The notes under the pieces are model-generated. The model worked only from the letters and a program-made list of their open reading frames with translations, had not been told where the DNA came from and ran no database searches. A stretch of 64,000 nucleotides of DNA from Clostridia bacterium (GTDB lineage: Bacteria > Bacillota > Clostridia > UBA1381), in contig JAZTZP010000150.1 in NCBI GenBank assembly GCA_045637525.1, positions 64,151 to 128,150 of the forward strand, read 5' to 3'. Below, piece by piece: positions 7,857 through 20,743 of this stretch (position 1 is its first letter; every line of letters begins with the position of its first letter). The translations under genes were made by a program, and so were the position numbers.

Positions 7857-8228
7857 TTAAATATTATGATTTTGCAGGTATTCTTTAATTTTGTTGAAGC
7901 TTTGATTGCTTATATGATGTTCTATTTTACAGCTGTCTTCATATGCTGTTGTTTCATCTACGCCTATCAGTATTAAAGCACGGGCTATTATTTGATGACG
8001 CTCATACATCTTTTCGGCAATTTCTATGCCTTTCGGAGTAAGAGAAATTCCTCCGGCATCATCTACTGTTATATAGCCTTCTTCGCGAAATGATTTCATG
8101 GCTACGGATACACTCGGTTTGGTAAATGAAAGTTCATTTGCTATATCTATACTGCGGACGTTTCCGTTTTTCTTTTTTAATATATATATGGTTTCAAGAT
8201 AGTTTTCTGCCGATTCTTTTATCTTCAT
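7857..8228 (-). CDS. DtxR/MntR-family metal-dependent transcriptional repressor
   Basis: SAENYLETIYIL..., a winged HTH (IANELSFTKPSVSVAMKSFREEGYI) and metal-site residues in ERHQIIARAL...CKIEHHIS. At 123 aa it has no SH3-like domain. Confidence 0.85.
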   Translation of the reverse strand: MKIKESAENYLETIYILKKKNGNVRSIDIANELSFTKPSVSVAMKSFREEGYITVDDAGGISLTPKGIEIAEKMYERHQIIARALILIGVDETTAYEDSCKIEHHISNQSFNKIKEYLQNHNI

Positions 8229-8266
8229 AGTTTATCACCTCCGAAAGATGTTTTTTATACATTGGT

Positions 8267-8295
8267 ATTATAACATAAAATTTAGGTTTTGTCAA
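8267..8295 (-). promoter_or_regulatory. sigma-A promoter of the DtxR-family gene
   Basis: On the minus strand: TTGACA (8295-8290), 17-nt spacer, TGtTATAAT (TATAAT 8272-8267). Confidence 0.55.
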
Positions 8296-8376
8296 ATTAT
8301 ATTGAATTTTTTTGTGCTGAAGCGGTGAAAATATTTGATTTAAATAAGAAAAGGGAGGATGTTTTAGTTTTACGGC

Positions 8377-8412
8377 AATAAAAATGCGCAAATCCTTTTA
8401 GAGATTTGCGCG
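8377..8412 (-). terminator. rho-independent terminator of rpsT
   Basis: Minus-strand hairpin cgcgcaaatc/gatttgcgca followed by TTTTTATT. Confidence 0.75.
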
Positions 8413-8418
8413 ATTTTC

Positions 8419-8682
8419 TTACGCCATTTTAGCGAGCTTTAATGCTAACTGAGACTTTTTACGAGCAGCGTTGTTCTTGTGAAGTATACCTTGTGATACA
8501 CCTTGGTCAAGCTTTTTAATAGCTGCGTTGAATAAAGTCTTAGCTTCATCTACATTACCGCCTTCTACAGCAGCTTCAAACTTCTTTAAAGCAGTTTTAA
8601 GTGCTGTCTTGTGCTGTTGGTTAATCAAAGTTTTCTTTGCGATAACCTTAACACGCTTTTTTGCTGATTTGATATTTGGCAC
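8419..8682 (-). CDS. rpsT: 30S ribosomal protein S20
   Basis: [35 protein letters not shown] is a typical S20 N-terminus. GGAGGTG lies upstream. Confidence 0.95.
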   Translation of the reverse strand: MPNIKSAKKRVKVIAKKTLINQQHKTALKTALKKFEAAVEGGNVDEAKTLFNAAIKKLDQGVSQGILHKNNAARKKSQLALKLAKMA

Positions 8683-8722
8683 GATTTACACCTCCATAAA
8701 AATTTAATCTAAATACCTTTAT

Positions 8723-8751
8723 ATTCTAACACAAATTTGAATAAATTGCAA
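8723..8751 (-). promoter_or_regulatory. sigma-A-like promoter of rpsT
   Basis: Minus strand: TTGCAA (8751-8746), 17-nt spacer, TGtTAGAAT (8728-8723). Confidence 0.5.
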
Positions 8752-8882
8752 TAGTTTTTTTGAAATTTTTTGCAAAAAGTTTATATTTATTTATTTTTAA
8801 CAATGAAATTCATTATTTAGGCGATTTATTGATATAATTTATAAGTCTAAATATTAATATTATACAAAAATTGAAAAAACGG

Positions 8883-8911
8883 TTGCAAATTTTTGAATTT
8901 TATAGTATAAT
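8883..8911 (+). promoter_or_regulatory. sigma-A-like promoter of the M50 protease/scpAB operon
   Basis: TTGCAA 8883-8888, 17-nt spacer, TATAAT 8906-8911. Confidence 0.5.
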
Positions 8912-8946
8912 TAAAGTGTATATGTGTATATAGAAAGGAAATGTTT

Positions 8947-9606
8947 ATGTTCAGAGGTTTTAGTTTATTTGATTTGCTGATATATATTCCTACAACGTTG
9001 ATTGCCCTGTCGTTTCACGAACTTGCTCACGGTTGGGTTTCATATAAGCTTGGAGACCCTACACCTAAAAATCAGGGCAGGTTAACACTGAATCCGATGG
9101 CACATCTGGATTTTATCGGAACACTTTTAATGATTTTTACCGGATTTGGCTGGGCAAAGCCTGTTATGATTAATCCTATGTACTATAAGGATAAGGTTAA
9201 AGGAATGGCGCTTGTTGGTCTTGCAGGTCCGCTTACTAATTTTTTGTTGGCATTTTTATCTATGCTTGCTTGTGTTTTGCTTGTTGTTTTGCTCAGTGCT
9301 TTAAATGTTGGCGCGAATGTTATTAACATGGTTGTGATTGTATGCAGTTTATTTGCAAAACGTAATTTAGTATTTATGGTTTTTAATCTTATACCGTTTC
9401 CGCCATTGGACGGATTTAAAGTTGCCGGTGTTTTTATGAGAAGAGAAACTTATTATAAAATTTTAAATTATGAGCAATACATTATGTATATTCTCATGTT
9501 CCTGAGTCTTACCGGTGTTTTTTCGGGCACAATCGGTACCGGAGTGGATTTATTTTATAATCTGATAATTAATTCTGTTATGAGAATAGTAAATATTTTT
9601 ATCTGA
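8947..9606 (+). CDS. site-2 protease family (M50) membrane metalloprotease
   Basis: HELAHG zinc motif, multiple TM helices and LIPFPPLDG. ATG 8947 has better SD spacing than ATG 8941. Confidence 0.8.
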   Translation: MFRGFSLFDLLIYIPTTLIALSFHELAHGWVSYKLGDPTPKNQGRLTLNPMAHLDFIGTLLMIFTGFGWAKPVMINPMYYKDKVKGMALVGLAGPLTNFLLAFLSMLACVLLVVLLSALNVGANVINMVVIVCSLFAKRNLVFMVFNLIPFPPLDGFKVAGVFMRRETYYKILNYEQYIMYILMFLSLTGVFSGTIGTGVDLFYNLIINSVMRIVNIFI

Positions 9607-9621
9607 GGGATGGGTTTTTAA

Positions 9622-10338
9622 GTGGAAAAGATATTATATAAGCTCAATGCATTTGAAGGTCCTCTTGATTTGCTTCTTACACTGATAAAGAAGAATAAAG
9701 TCAGTATATATGATATTCCTATTGTTGAAATAACTGATCAGTATATGGAGATAATCAGGAATGCTGATGAAAGCGAGTTGGATAATGCAGGTGAGTTTCT
9801 GGTTATGGCATCTCAGCTTTTATATATAAAGTCTAAGATGCTTCTGCCGAAAGATGAAGAGGACGATGAAGAAGATCCGAGGGCTGATTTAACACGAAGG
9901 CTTATAGAATACAAGCAGTACAAAGAAGCCTCGTACGAGCTCAGAAAGAACGAGTTCGCAACAAAAAATATGATATTTCGGAATACTGAGAAAATTGATT
10001 TTCCGTTGCCTGAATATGATCGTCATCATGAAACATATGAGCTTATTGAAGCTTTTGAAAATATACTTTCTCGCAGAGAAAGAAAGGTAAAACCGGATAA
10101 AAAGGCGTTTTACGGTATTGTAGGACGTGAGAAGGTATCAGTTGATGATATGGTTGAAAAAATATGCAATCGGTTGGTTAACGAGAAAAAATTCGGATTT
10201 AAAACGCTCTTTTTAGGTAATATTTCAAAGCCTGAAATGATAGCAACGTTTCTGGCTGTGCTTGAAATGATAAAGCTTAGCAAATTAAAGGCTGAATTTG
10301 ATTCGGAACGTGATGATTTTATAATAAGTGGTTGTTAG
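9622..10338 (+). CDS. scpA: segregation and condensation protein A
   Basis: FEGPLDLLLTLIKKNKVSIYDIPIVEITDQY is the ScpA kleisin N-terminus. GTG start. The gene is followed by scpB. Confidence 0.9.
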   Translation: MEKILYKLNAFEGPLDLLLTLIKKNKVSIYDIPIVEITDQYMEIIRNADESELDNAGEFLVMASQLLYIKSKMLLPKDEEDDEEDPRADLTRRLIEYKQYKEASYELRKNEFATKNMIFRNTEKIDFPLPEYDRHHETYELIEAFENILSRRERKVKPDKKAFYGIVGREKVSVDDMVEKICNRLVNEKKFGFKTLFLGNISKPEMIATFLAVLEMIKLSKLKAEFDSERDDFIISGC

Positions 10339-10348
10339 GAGATAAATT

Positions 10349-10966
10349 TTGCAAATGAATAAATTAAAATATGCAATTGAGGGAATACTGTTTGCAGCGG
10401 GTGAGTCTGTTAAGGCATCATTGCTTGCTGTTGCACTTGAAAAATCTATTGAGGAGATAGACTGTGCTGTGGAGGAATTAAAAGACGAATATAATAAGGA
10501 TCATCGTGGGTTTACGATAATAGATATTGATGAGGGATATCAGATTTGTTCAAGACCTGAATATTATAAATATATACAGGAAATTTTAGGTGAACAAAGA
10601 AGACAAGCACTTTCAAATGCCGCAATGGAGACACTGGCTATTGTAGCGTACAAACAGCCTATTACAAGAGGCGGCATCGAATATGTCAGGGGTGTAAATT
10701 CTGATGGTTCTGTAAATCGACTTGTCGAGAGAGGTCTTATAGAGGAAGCAGGAAGAATGGACGCACCGGGCAGACCGATATTATATAGGACAACAAAGAA
10801 TTTTTTGAGATGTTTCGGTTTGTCTGAACTTTCAGAATTACCCGAAATTGATATAGAGAAAATTATGAAAGATATGCCGCCTGAGGCAATTGCCGAATTA
10901 ATGGTTGAGGCAGAGAGTGGTGAATCGGATACTGACGCTGTTCAGGTGGATTTGCAAAACGAATAG
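10349..10966 (+). CDS. scpB: segregation and condensation protein B
   Basis: IEGILFAAGESV, LSNAAMETLAIVAYKQPITRGGIEYVRGV and GRPILYRTTKNFL. TTG 10349 is 7 nt after AGGAG. ATG 10355 is the alternative start. Confidence 0.9.
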   Translation: MQMNKLKYAIEGILFAAGESVKASLLAVALEKSIEEIDCAVEELKDEYNKDHRGFTIIDIDEGYQICSRPEYYKYIQEILGEQRRQALSNAAMETLAIVAYKQPITRGGIEYVRGVNSDGSVNRLVERGLIEEAGRMDAPGRPILYRTTKNFLRCFGLSELSELPEIDIEKIMKDMPPEAIAELMVEAESGESDTDAVQVDLQNE

Positions 10967-11562
10967 TGAGGGGTTTTATGTATATCCTGGCGATTGTTTT
11001 GGTAGTATTAATATTATTGCTTTTCTTGCCGATAAGATTAGGAGTAAAATATTGTGATGATGTTGATATTTATATTAAAATAGGACCTGTAAAAAAACGG
11101 TTTGAGCTTCAATCTGACAAAAAAGTAAAGGCAAAGAAAGACACACAGTCTGAAGATAAATCAGCACCGTCGCCTTTGAAAAAAATATTATACTATAAAG
11201 ATTTGTTTTTATATATTAAAGATGATGTATTAAAAATTGCAGAATTTATGTTTAATAAAGGTATTCAGATTGAAGAGCTGAATTTCAGGCTTGACTATGG
11301 CTGGAATGATGCGGCTTCTGTTGGTATGCTGTATGGTATTATAAACGCTGTTGCATACAGTGTCATGGGTTTTATACACAACAATATGACAGTAAAAAGC
11401 TGGAATCTGGATATAAATCCGGATTATGAGAATGAAGTTTTTTCAGGCGAGATTAATTGTATATTTAAAACACGGCTTGTGTATATTAGTATTATCGGAA
11501 TTAAAGGTTTAAAAGTTCTTTTTAAGATTAAAAATAAAGATTACAGGAGGAAAAAGATATGA
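10966..11562 (+). CDS. DUF2953/YtfI-like membrane protein (sporulation-associated by context)
   Basis: N-terminal TM helix, lysine-rich linker, and a position immediately upstream of and overlapping ytfJ, as I recall for the B. subtilis ytfI-ytfJ pair. Start is uncertain (GTG 10966 or ATG 10978). Confidence 0.5.
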   Translation: MRGFMYILAIVLVVLILLLFLPIRLGVKYCDDVDIYIKIGPVKKRFELQSDKKVKAKKDTQSEDKSAPSPLKKILYYKDLFLYIKDDVLKIAEFMFNKGIQIEELNFRLDYGWNDAASVGMLYGIINAVAYSVMGFIHNNMTVKSWNLDINPDYENEVFSGEINCIFKTRLVYISIIGIKGLKVLFKIKNKDYRRKKI

Positions 11563-11963
11563 GTCATCCAATTGAAGGGCTTATGGAAGCTGCAATGGGC
11601 AAAATTAAGGGTATGGTTAATGTGGATACAGTAATTGGTGAGCCTGTTACTGCTCCTGACGGTACGATAATAATACCTGTTTCAGCGGTAACATTCGGAT
11701 TCGGTGCCGGCGGTAGCGATTTTGGTGAGAAGAAAGGTACTCAGGTCAGCGAAAAAATGTTCGGTGGCGGTTGCGGAGGCGGTGCGTCCGTAAAACCCAT
11801 GGGTTTTTTGGTTGTTGCTAATTCTTCGGTAAGATATATTCCGATGAGCGCATCAAATACTGCGGTTGATAAAATCATTGACATGGTCCCCGGTCTGATG
11901 GATAAGTTGAACGGTGTTATAAAGTCAAAAAGCAAAAAAAAGGCTGAAACCGAAAAAGAATAA
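11559..11963 (+). CDS. ytfJ: sporulation protein YtfJ/GerW family
   Basis: HPIEGLMEAAMGKIKGMVNVDTVIGEPV...IIPVSAVTFGFGAGGSDF and GGGCGGGASVKPMGFLVV are typical of the YtfJ family. Confidence 0.8.
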   Translation: MSHPIEGLMEAAMGKIKGMVNVDTVIGEPVTAPDGTIIIPVSAVTFGFGAGGSDFGEKKGTQVSEKMFGGGCGGGASVKPMGFLVVANSSVRYIPMSASNTAVDKIIDMVPGLMDKLNGVIKSKSKKKAETEKE

Positions 11964-11979
11964 ATTTAAAGATATAACG

Positions 11980-12027
11980 GGCAATTACGGAAGAATGTTT
12001 CGCAGTTGCCTTGTTGTTTTATTTTTT
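11980..12027 (+). terminator. probable rho-independent terminator
   Basis: Imperfect ~10-bp stem ggcaattacg/cgcagttgcc followed by the T-rich tail ttgttgttttatttttt. Confidence 0.55.
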
Positions 12028-12044
12028 GAAAGGATGAATTTGAA

Positions 12045-13886
12045 TTGAGTTTTACAGAAAAAGATAAAATTTTAATGCAGGTACAGAAGCCTACCAGATA
12101 TACAGGCGGCGAGCTTAATGCGGTTATTAAAAATCCTGCCGATGTTAAAGTAAGGTTCGGGTTTTGTTTTCCTGATGTATATGAAATTGCTATGTCGCAT
12201 CTCGGTATAAAGATTTTATATCATATATTAAATTTAAGAGATGATACATATTGCGAGCGTGTATTTGCTCCGTGGCCTGATATGGAAAGTCTCATGATAA
12301 AGAATAACACCGGGCTTTTCGCATTGGAGTCCGGAGATGCGGTTACAAATTTTGATTTTTTAGGGTTCACTTTGCAGTATGAGCTATCGTATTCAAACGT
12401 TGTTAATATGTTAAAGCTTGCCGATGTACCCGTATATGCAAAAGACCGGACGAAGGATATGCCTTTTGTATGTGGCGGAGGTCCTTGCGCATATAATGCG
12501 GAGCCGGTTGCGGATTTCTTTGACTTCTTTATGCTTGGCGAAGGTGAAGATGTTATAAATGAAGTTGTAGACGAATATATAAAATGGAAAGGAACAGGCA
12601 AGGAGAGAATTGAGTATTTAAAGTCTATTGCCCGTATTGAAGGTGTATATGTTCCGTCTTTTTACGATGTTTCATATAACGAGAACGGCACAATAAAAAG
12701 TATAAAAACAAACACAGAAGAAGCTTCGGTAAAGATTCGCAAACGTATTGTGCAGGATTTTAATACAGCAATTGCACCTGATAAGATTATAGTTCCGTTT
12801 GGTGAGATTGTTCATGACAGAGTTACGCTTGAGGTGTTCAGAGGCTGTATACGCGGTTGTCGTTTTTGTCAGGCGGGTTATATATACAGACCTGTCCGGG
12901 AGCGAAATGCCGAGGTTCTTACATGCATGGCAGAGCATTTGCTTAACAGTACCGGTTATGAAGAGATGTCGCTTTCATCACTCAGTACGAGTGATTATAC
13001 AGAGCTGCCGCAGCTTACTGATAATCTGCTGAAAATTACTGAAGATAAGAAGATAAATCTTTCGTTGCCATCGCTCAGAATAGATAATTTCTCTCTTGAA
13101 TTAATGGAAAAGGTTCAGAAGGTAAGAAAATCGGGTATCACTTTTGCACCTGAAGCAGGAACTCAGAGACTTCGTGATGTTATAAATAAAAATATCACAG
13201 AAGAAGACATTCTGCGTTCTGTAAGAATGCTGTTTGCCGGCGGATGGACAAATGTTAAGCTTTATTTTATGATAGGGCTTCCGACTGAAACGGATGAGGA
13301 TATATGCGGTATATCCGACCTGGCTCAGAAGGTGCTTGGTGTTTATTTTGAAACACCCAAAGAGGAAAGAGCGAAAAATATAAACATAACCGTTAGCACT
13401 TCAGGTTTTGTTCCGAAGCCTTTTACTGCTTTTCAATGGGCAGGACAAAATACTCGTGATGAGTTTATTAAGAAACAGGATGTTTTAAAAGGCTCTATAA
13501 GATCAAAGCGGATAAGGTACAGCTGGCACTATAATAAAACGAGCTATCTTGAGGGTGTATTTGCAAGGGGTGACAGAAAGCTTTCAAAGGTTATCGCAAG
13601 AGCTGTTGAACTTGGCTGTAAATTTGACGGATGGGATGAGTATTTTGATTTTGATAAATGGATGCAGGCGTTTAATGAATGTGGTATAGATCCTGATTTT
13701 TATAATATTCGTGAGCGTGAGTACAGCGAAGTGTTGCCTTGGGATCATATAGATATTGGTGTTTCAAAAGAATTTTTAATGAAAGAAAACGAAAGATCTA
13801 AAAGAGCTGAAACTACATCAAATTGTCGTGAAAAATGTGCCGGATGCGGTGCAGCTTCTTTCGGAACGGGTGTTTGCTATGAGTAA
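12045..13886 (+). CDS. radical SAM protein with B12-binding-like N-terminal domain (TIGR03960-type, function unknown)
   Basis: CxxxCxxC cluster in VFRGCIRGCRFCQAGYIYRPVRER. TIM-barrel strings ITFAPEAGTQRLRDVINKN and KLYFMIGLPTETDED. TTG start. Confidence 0.85.
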   Translation: MSFTEKDKILMQVQKPTRYTGGELNAVIKNPADVKVRFGFCFPDVYEIAMSHLGIKILYHILNLRDDTYCERVFAPWPDMESLMIKNNTGLFALESGDAVTNFDFLGFTLQYELSYSNVVNMLKLADVPVYAKDRTKDMPFVCGGGPCAYNAEPVADFFDFFMLGEGEDVINEVVDEYIKWKGTGKERIEYLKSIARIEGVYVPSFYDVSYNENGTIKSIKTNTEEASVKIRKRIVQDFNTAIAPDKIIVPFGEIVHDRVTLEVFRGCIRGCRFCQAGYIYRPVRERNAEVLTCMAEHLLNSTGYEEMSLSSLSTSDYTELPQLTDNLLKITEDKKINLSLPSLRIDNFSLELMEKVQKVRKSGITFAPEAGTQRLRDVINKNITEEDILRSVRMLFAGGWTNVKLYFMIGLPTETDEDICGISDLAQKVLGVYFETPKEERAKNINITVSTSGFVPKPFTAFQWAGQNTRDEFIKKQDVLKGSIRSKRIRYSWHYNKTSYLEGVFARGDRKLSKVIARAVELGCKFDGWDEYFDFDKWMQAFNECGIDPDFYNIREREYSEVLPWDHIDIGVSKEFLMKENERSKRAETTSNCREKCAGCGAASFGTGVCYE

Positions 13887-14529
13887 TTATATTTTAAAAT
13901 ACGGAAGAAAAGAAAATGTAAGATATATTTCACATCTGGATTTCATAAGAATGTTTCACAGAAGTGTACGCCGGGCGGATATTCCGTTTGTGTTTTCTCA
14001 GGGTTTTAATCCGCACCCTGTAATGAATGTAGCAATGCCGCTGTCTGTCGGAGTTACGGCTGACGGCGAATATATGAAGGTAGGATTTGATAAAGAAATT
14101 ACAAACGAAGATATTGATGCATTAAATTCAGCATTGCCGGACGGATTTTATATTTTGGCATGGACAAAGGTTGTTGATAAAAAGCCCGATATAACTAAAA
14201 TTAATCGTGCAGAGTATATCACCGAGATTGAAACGGATTCAGAGTTTGATGCCGATGCATTTATGGCAAACAGTGAATTGACAGTAATGAAAAAGACTAA
14301 AAGCGGTGAAAAAGAAGCTGATATCAGGCCATACATTCATGAAATTGCTGTTATAGGAAGAGATAAAAATATTCTCACATTAAAAATGCGCCTTACGTGC
14401 AGTAATGAATATAATTTAAAGCCTGAAACTGTTATTGATGCAATGGAGAAATATTGCACAGGATTTAACAGCACTTTTCATTCGGTACACAGATGCTGCC
14501 TGAAATGCGGAGACAAAGAGTTGTTATAA
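13879..14529 (+). CDS. radical-SAM-linked protein (DUF2344 / TIGR03936-type)
   Basis: KYGRKENVRYISHLDFIRMFHRSVRRADIPFVFSQGFNPHP. ATG 13879 overlaps the end of the preceding gene. The track's 13828 start lies inside that gene. Confidence 0.8.
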   Translation: MSNYILKYGRKENVRYISHLDFIRMFHRSVRRADIPFVFSQGFNPHPVMNVAMPLSVGVTADGEYMKVGFDKEITNEDIDALNSALPDGFYILAWTKVVDKKPDITKINRAEYITEIETDSEFDADAFMANSELTVMKKTKSGEKEADIRPYIHEIAVIGRDKNILTLKMRLTCSNEYNLKPETVIDAMEKYCTGFNSTFHSVHRCCLKCGDKELL

Positions 14530-14545
14530 TGTATATAATTTCATA

Positions 14546-15900
<1,355 letters not shown>

Positions 15901-15912
15901 GAATAGTAGCAA

Positions 15913-15956
15913 AAAATACGACAAGGACCTCGATATATGAGATCCTTGTTTTGTTC
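15913..15956. terminator. bidirectional terminator between convergent eno and atpC
   Basis: Stem acaaggacctc/gagatccttgt (10 of 11 bp). A-run upstream and T-run downstream give U-tracts on both strands. Confidence 0.6.
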
Positions 15957-15980
15957 AGGGAATTTTTTCATTCCTTTTAA

Positions 15981-16382
15981 TTATTTTCCCGAGGAAATAT
16001 TTATTCTGTTAAGCGCACGCTTAAGTTTGAGTTCGGCAAGACGTAATTCATAATCGGAAGATTTGTTTTTAAGTCTGTTTTCCGCAACTTCTTTAGCACG
16101 CTTTGCACGCTCAATATCAATTTCGTCAGCCCACTCGAATGTTGAAGCGATTACTGTTACAACGCCGTCGCATACTGTAAGAGTTCCGCCACTGCAGGAA
16201 GCATTACGATAAGTATCAGCTGATTTAATTCGTATTTTTCCTATATTTAACGGAACAACATAATCAGCATGGTTTTTTAGAATACATACATCACCAACTA
16301 CTGTCCGGGCTATTAAACGCTCGGCAGCTCCGTCAAATGCAAGTCCGTCGGGAGTAACTATTTTCAGTGGATATTCGCTCAT
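15981..16382 (-). CDS. atpC: F1 ATP synthase subunit epsilon
   Basis: LKIVTPDG...F.G, a beta-sandwich followed by a C-terminal helical hairpin. It is the last gene of the atp operon. Confidence 0.9.
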   Translation of the reverse strand: MSEYPLKIVTPDGLAFDGAAERLIARTVVGDVCILKNHADYVVPLNIGKIRIKSADTYRNASCSGGTLTVCDGVVTVIASTFEWADEIDIERAKRAKEVAENRLKNKSSDYELRLAELKLKRALNRINISSGK

Positions 16383-16394
16383 AAAAAATCCTCC

Positions 16395-17798
<1,404 letters not shown>

Positions 17799-17803
17799 TT
17801 AAA

Positions 17804-18640
17804 CTAATTTTCAGAACCTGCAACTATTTCAGTAATTTCCTGAGTAATCGCAGCTTGACGAGCTCTGTTGTATAAAAGACTTAAACTGCTTATCATTTCA
17901 TCAGCGTTTTTGTTTGCTGACTGCATGGCGTTTCTGCGTGCGGATAGTTCGGAAGCAAGACTGCTTGCCACTGCTCCGTAGATTACTCCGCTGATGTATT
18001 GCGGAACGATATACTCAAACGCTGCTTCTGCTGATGGCTCATAAATGATAAGACTGTGCTTTTTTTCATCTGTCTTTTCTTCGTTAACGATAGGCAGAAT
18101 TTCATCTGAAGCCGGAATCTGAGTCAGAACGTTTACAAATTTTGTATATTCAACGAAGAGTTTACTGAATTTGCCTTCTAAAAAACTTTTTGTAATAGTT
18201 TCAGCGATGTTAAGACAGTCAAGCATACTTATATCGTCGACAACTGCATAATGTTCGGTAATAATCTCTACGTTTTTCTTTTTAAAATATTCAACGGACT
18301 TTTTTCCGATTGGTAAAACAATATCGTTATCCTGAAGTTTTACCGATTTAAACAAATTGTTATTATAGCCTCCGGCAAGTCCTCGGTCGCCGGCTATTAC
18401 AATGTGGCAAACCGACTTTGTCTCGTCTAAGTGGCAGAACGGGGAAGAAAAGTCCTTATTCTCTGCGGCAATACTATCCATAGTGGCTTTGAGAGTCTCA
18501 AAGAAGGGCTTTGTCTGTTCAGCTCGTTCTTTTGCTCGACGAAGCTTAGAGGTGGCAACCAACTCCATAGCTTTTGTTATTTGTTTTGTGCTTTCAACAC
18601 TTTTAATTCGGTTTTTTATGGCTTTCATAGAGCCTGCCAT
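17804..18640 (-). CDS. atpG: F1 ATP synthase subunit gamma
   Basis: IKNRIKSVESTKQITKAMELVATSKLRRAKE and C-terminal LSLLYNRARQAAITQEITEIVAG. Confidence 0.9.
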   Translation of the reverse strand: MAGSMKAIKNRIKSVESTKQITKAMELVATSKLRRAKERAEQTKPFFETLKATMDSIAAENKDFSSPFCHLDETKSVCHIVIAGDRGLAGGYNNNLFKSVKLQDNDIVLPIGKKSVEYFKKKNVEIITEHYAVVDDISMLDCLNIAETITKSFLEGKFSKLFVEYTKFVNVLTQIPASDEILPIVNEEKTDEKKHSLIIYEPSAEAAFEYIVPQYISGVIYGAVASSLASELSARRNAMQSANKNADEMISSLSLLYNRARQAAITQEITEIVAGSEN

Positions 18641-18643
18641 GAT

Positions 18644-20164
18644 TTATGCCTCCCTCGAAGCAGAAGAAGCGAAATGTTCTTTGCTTTCATTAATTGCTTT
18701 TTTCATAAGCTCAACCGTTTCGTCGGAAAGCTCTCCGGTCTGACCTATATTGCTTATAATTTGCGGATAAGTATTCCGGATATATTCGAAAAGATGTGTT
18801 TCATAGGCTGAAATGTCTTCAACTGCTATGTCTTTCAGATAATCATTTATAACCGCATAAATTATTACTACCTGAAGCTCAACAGGGAGCGGTGTGTTTC
18901 GGCCTTGTTTCAGAATTTCAACGATACGGGCACCTTGTGCAAGACGGGTTTTTGTATCCTCATCAAGATCTGAGCCGAACTGTGCAAAAGCCTGAAGCTC
19001 ACGATACTGAGAATAGGCGAGCTTAAGAGTACCGGCAACCTTTTTCATTGCTTTAATCTGAGCATTTCCTCCAACACGTGAAACGCTTATACCGGGGTTT
19101 ACTGCCGGCATAATACCACTGTGGAATAACTCGGTTTCAAGGAAAATTTGTCCGTCTGTTATAGAAATAACGTTGGTTGGTATATAAGCTGAAACGTCGC
19201 CTGCCTGAGTTTCGATAATAGGGAGCGCTGTAAGTGAGCCGCCGCCATATTCGGGGGCAAGTCTTGCCGCACGTTCAAGAAGTCTTGAATGCAGATAGAA
19301 AACATCACCGGGGTATGCTTCACGTCCGGGAGGTCGGCGTATGAGAAGTGACAATGCTCTGTATGCAACAGCGTGCTTGGATAAGTCATCGTATATTATA
19401 AGGACGTCTTTTCCTTTATACATAAAATACTCTGCCATTGAGCATCCCGAATAAGGTGCAATATACTGAAGCGGAGAAAGCTCTGAGGCTGTTGCGGAAA
19501 CAACGATAGTATAGTCCATTGCGTTGTTTTTTTCAAGAGTATCAACAATTTGTGCAACAGTAGATTTTTTCTGACCGATTGCAACATAAACACATATAAC
19601 GTCTTTGCCTCTCTGGTTTATTATTGTATCAAGTCCGATAACTGTTTTACCGGTCTGACGGTCGCCGATAATCAGCTCACGTTGTCCGCGGCCGATTGGT
19701 ATCATTGAGTCGATGGCTTTTATTCCTGTTTGCAGTGGCACGCTTACTGACTTTCTTTCGATAATGCCCGGTGCGTTGCACTCAATAGGTCGGGTTTCGG
19801 TAGTTTTGATGTCACCTTTTCCGTCGATAGGCTGACCAAGCGCATTAACAACTCTTCCGATTAAAGCCTCGCCGACAGGAACTTCAACAACCTTACCGGT
19901 ACGTTTTACGACAGCGCCTTCTTTGATTTGTGAATCTGAGCCTAAAATTACAAGGCTGACAGTATTTTCTTCAAGATTCAGCGCCATTGCCGCTTCACCG
20001 TTTTCAAATTCAACGAGTTCGTTTGCCATACAACCGGCAAGCCCGGTAGCTTTTGCGATACCGTCGCCGACTTCGATAACATAGCCTGTTTCCGCTGTTT
20101 CTATTTTGTTAGAAAAGTTTTTTATTTGTTCTTTTATTATACTGCTTATTTCATCAGGTCGCAC
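18644..20164 (-). CDS. atpA: F1 ATP synthase subunit alpha
   Basis: [13 protein letters not shown], Walker A GDRQTGKT and [46 protein letters not shown] start. Confidence 0.95.
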   Translation of the reverse strand: MRPDEISSIIKEQIKNFSNKIETAETGYVIEVGDGIAKATGLAGCMANELVEFENGEAAMALNLEENTVSLVILGSDSQIKEGAVVKRTGKVVEVPVGEALIGRVVNALGQPIDGKGDIKTTETRPIECNAPGIIERKSVSVPLQTGIKAIDSMIPIGRGQRELIIGDRQTGKTVIGLDTIINQRGKDVICVYVAIGQKKSTVAQIVDTLEKNNAMDYTIVVSATASELSPLQYIAPYSGCSMAEYFMYKGKDVLIIYDDLSKHAVAYRALSLLIRRPPGREAYPGDVFYLHSRLLERAARLAPEYGGGSLTALPIIETQAGDVSAYIPTNVISITDGQIFLETELFHSGIMPAVNPGISVSRVGGNAQIKAMKKVAGTLKLAYSQYRELQAFAQFGSDLDEDTKTRLAQGARIVEILKQGRNTPLPVELQVVIIYAVINDYLKDIAVEDISAYETHLFEYIRNTYPQIISNIGQTGELSDETVELMKKAINESKEHFASSASREA

Positions 20165-20212
20165 GAATATATCATTCCTTTCGTAGTATAGTAATTCGTA
20201 AATTTTTATAGT

Positions 20213-20743
20213 TTATTTTGATATAATACTTTTTAATTCGTTTAATTTTGATTTTACGCTTGTGTCAATACTTGAGTTTTCAAACTTAACAACAATACCT
20301 CCGATTAATGAAGAATCGACCGTAAAAGTTGTTATAAGCTCTTTTTTGTAAATCTGAGAAAGTTTTTCTGTTATTGACTTCTTTTTCTCATCAGAAACAG
20401 CGATTGCTGTTATAATTTCAGCAGTTTCTATATTATGCTTTGCTCTGTATTGCTTTTCGTAAAATCTGACACATTCAGAAAAGGAATAAACCATCCGTTT
20501 TCGAGCCAGAATTTTTAAAAAATTTACAATATAAATATGAATTGATTTCCCGAATGATTCATCAATCAGATTATCTTTTTCGTTACCCGAAAAAGCGGCT
20601 GTATCAAGAATATTGATATATTCAGGATTGGAGTTTAATATATCTGCCGCGGTAAGTAACTCGTCATAGATAAGCTTGTCGATACCATCTTCATCCGCAA
20701 GGGAATACAGGGATAATGCGTAAGTACGAACAGAATTATTCAT
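20213..20743 (-). CDS. atpH: F1 ATP synthase subunit delta (OSCP)
   Basis: 176 aa between atpF and atpA. OSCP-like YALSLYSLA... at the N-terminus and LIGGIVVKFENSSIDTSVKSKL at the C-terminus. Confidence 0.8.
   Translation of the reverse strand: MNNSVRTYALSLYSLADEDGIDKLIYDELLTAADILNSNPEYINILDTAAFSGNEKDNLIDESFGKSIHIYIVNFLKILARKRMVYSFSECVRFYEKQYRAKHNIETAEIITAIAVSDEKKKSITEKLSQIYKKELITTFTVDSSLIGGIVVKFENSSIDTSVKSKLNELKSIISK

Noticed and set aside
13828-13878. Longer start (13828) for the DUF2344-type gene in the ORF track
   Set aside because: That start lies inside the preceding radical SAM CDS in another frame. ATG 13879 gives the conserved N-terminus and a typical 8-nt overlap with the upstream stop.
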